The position numbers and the translations under genes are program-made. The notes under the pieces were generated by a model, which worked only from the letters and a program-made list of their open reading frames with translations, ran no database searches and was not told where the DNA came from. A DNA stretch of 64,000 bases, taken from the NCBI GenBank assembly GCA_964187785.1, contig OZ076413.1:48362001-48426000 (forward strand). Reading direction: 5' to 3'. How positions within the stretch are numbered: position 1 is the first letter of the stretch; the number at the start of each line of letters is the position of its first letter. Of the stretch, positions 63,768 to 64,000 are shown one piece after another. Source of the stretch: Amphiscolops sp. MND2022 (taxonomy: Eukaryota).

Positions 63768-64000
63768 GTAATTTTTTCTTACCCTTTTGGGCTTTGTTTC
63801 AAGGTTTCTACAGAAAATTGCTCGTTGTTGGTCATTCACAATCCGTATTCAACTGTTTTATCACTGTCAGGGGATTCATTTAATATAGTATATTTGTTCC
63901 TATGCTGCGCTCTCAAAACCGCATAAAGCAGCATAACGAATAGACCATATAATATGGTATGTTTGTTCCTATGCTGCGCTCTGAAAACCGCATGGTGATT

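Larger units (their letters stand above)
57409..64000 (-). mobile_element. Element G: 3' part (antisense gene, ORF-X, 3' LTR) of a lineage-2 element; gag-pol expected beyond the window
   Basis: Same gene order and orientation as the 3' half of D. Confidence 0.75.

Overview
Repeat-dense eukaryotic (animal-like) genomic DNA; the species cannot be determined from the sequence. About 80% of the window is nested, mostly decayed Ty3/Gypsy LTR retrotransposons of two unusual lineages. Lineage 1 (element A, 1-11619, minus; relative B, 18319-22586) has a short LTR, small membrane ORFs before a long gag with an Arg/Ser-rich tail, pol, a Ser/Thr/Pro-rich ORF, and an open envelope-like ORF (1-1054, missed by the ORF track) with a class III fusogen-like cysteine pattern. 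Lineage 2 (D 27888-42117 minus, its inverted partial copy 22587-27885, E 47622-57408 plus, G 57409->64000 minus, a solo LTR and an LTR fragment) has 1.3-2 kb LTRs overlapped by coding sequence: gag starts inside the LTR and reads across the LTR end and PBS, and in D and G a sense CxxC-domain ORF reads into the 3' LTR. Between pol and that ORF lies an antisense, intron-containing gene for a BED-zinc-finger protein resembling a catalytically altered hAT transposase, with intron positions conserved among three diverged subfamilies. The window also holds three exons of a host secreted PAN/EGF gene, Helentron-type repeats, MITE-like palindromes, a BEL/Pao integrase fragment and a 200-N gap. All homology calls are by eye.
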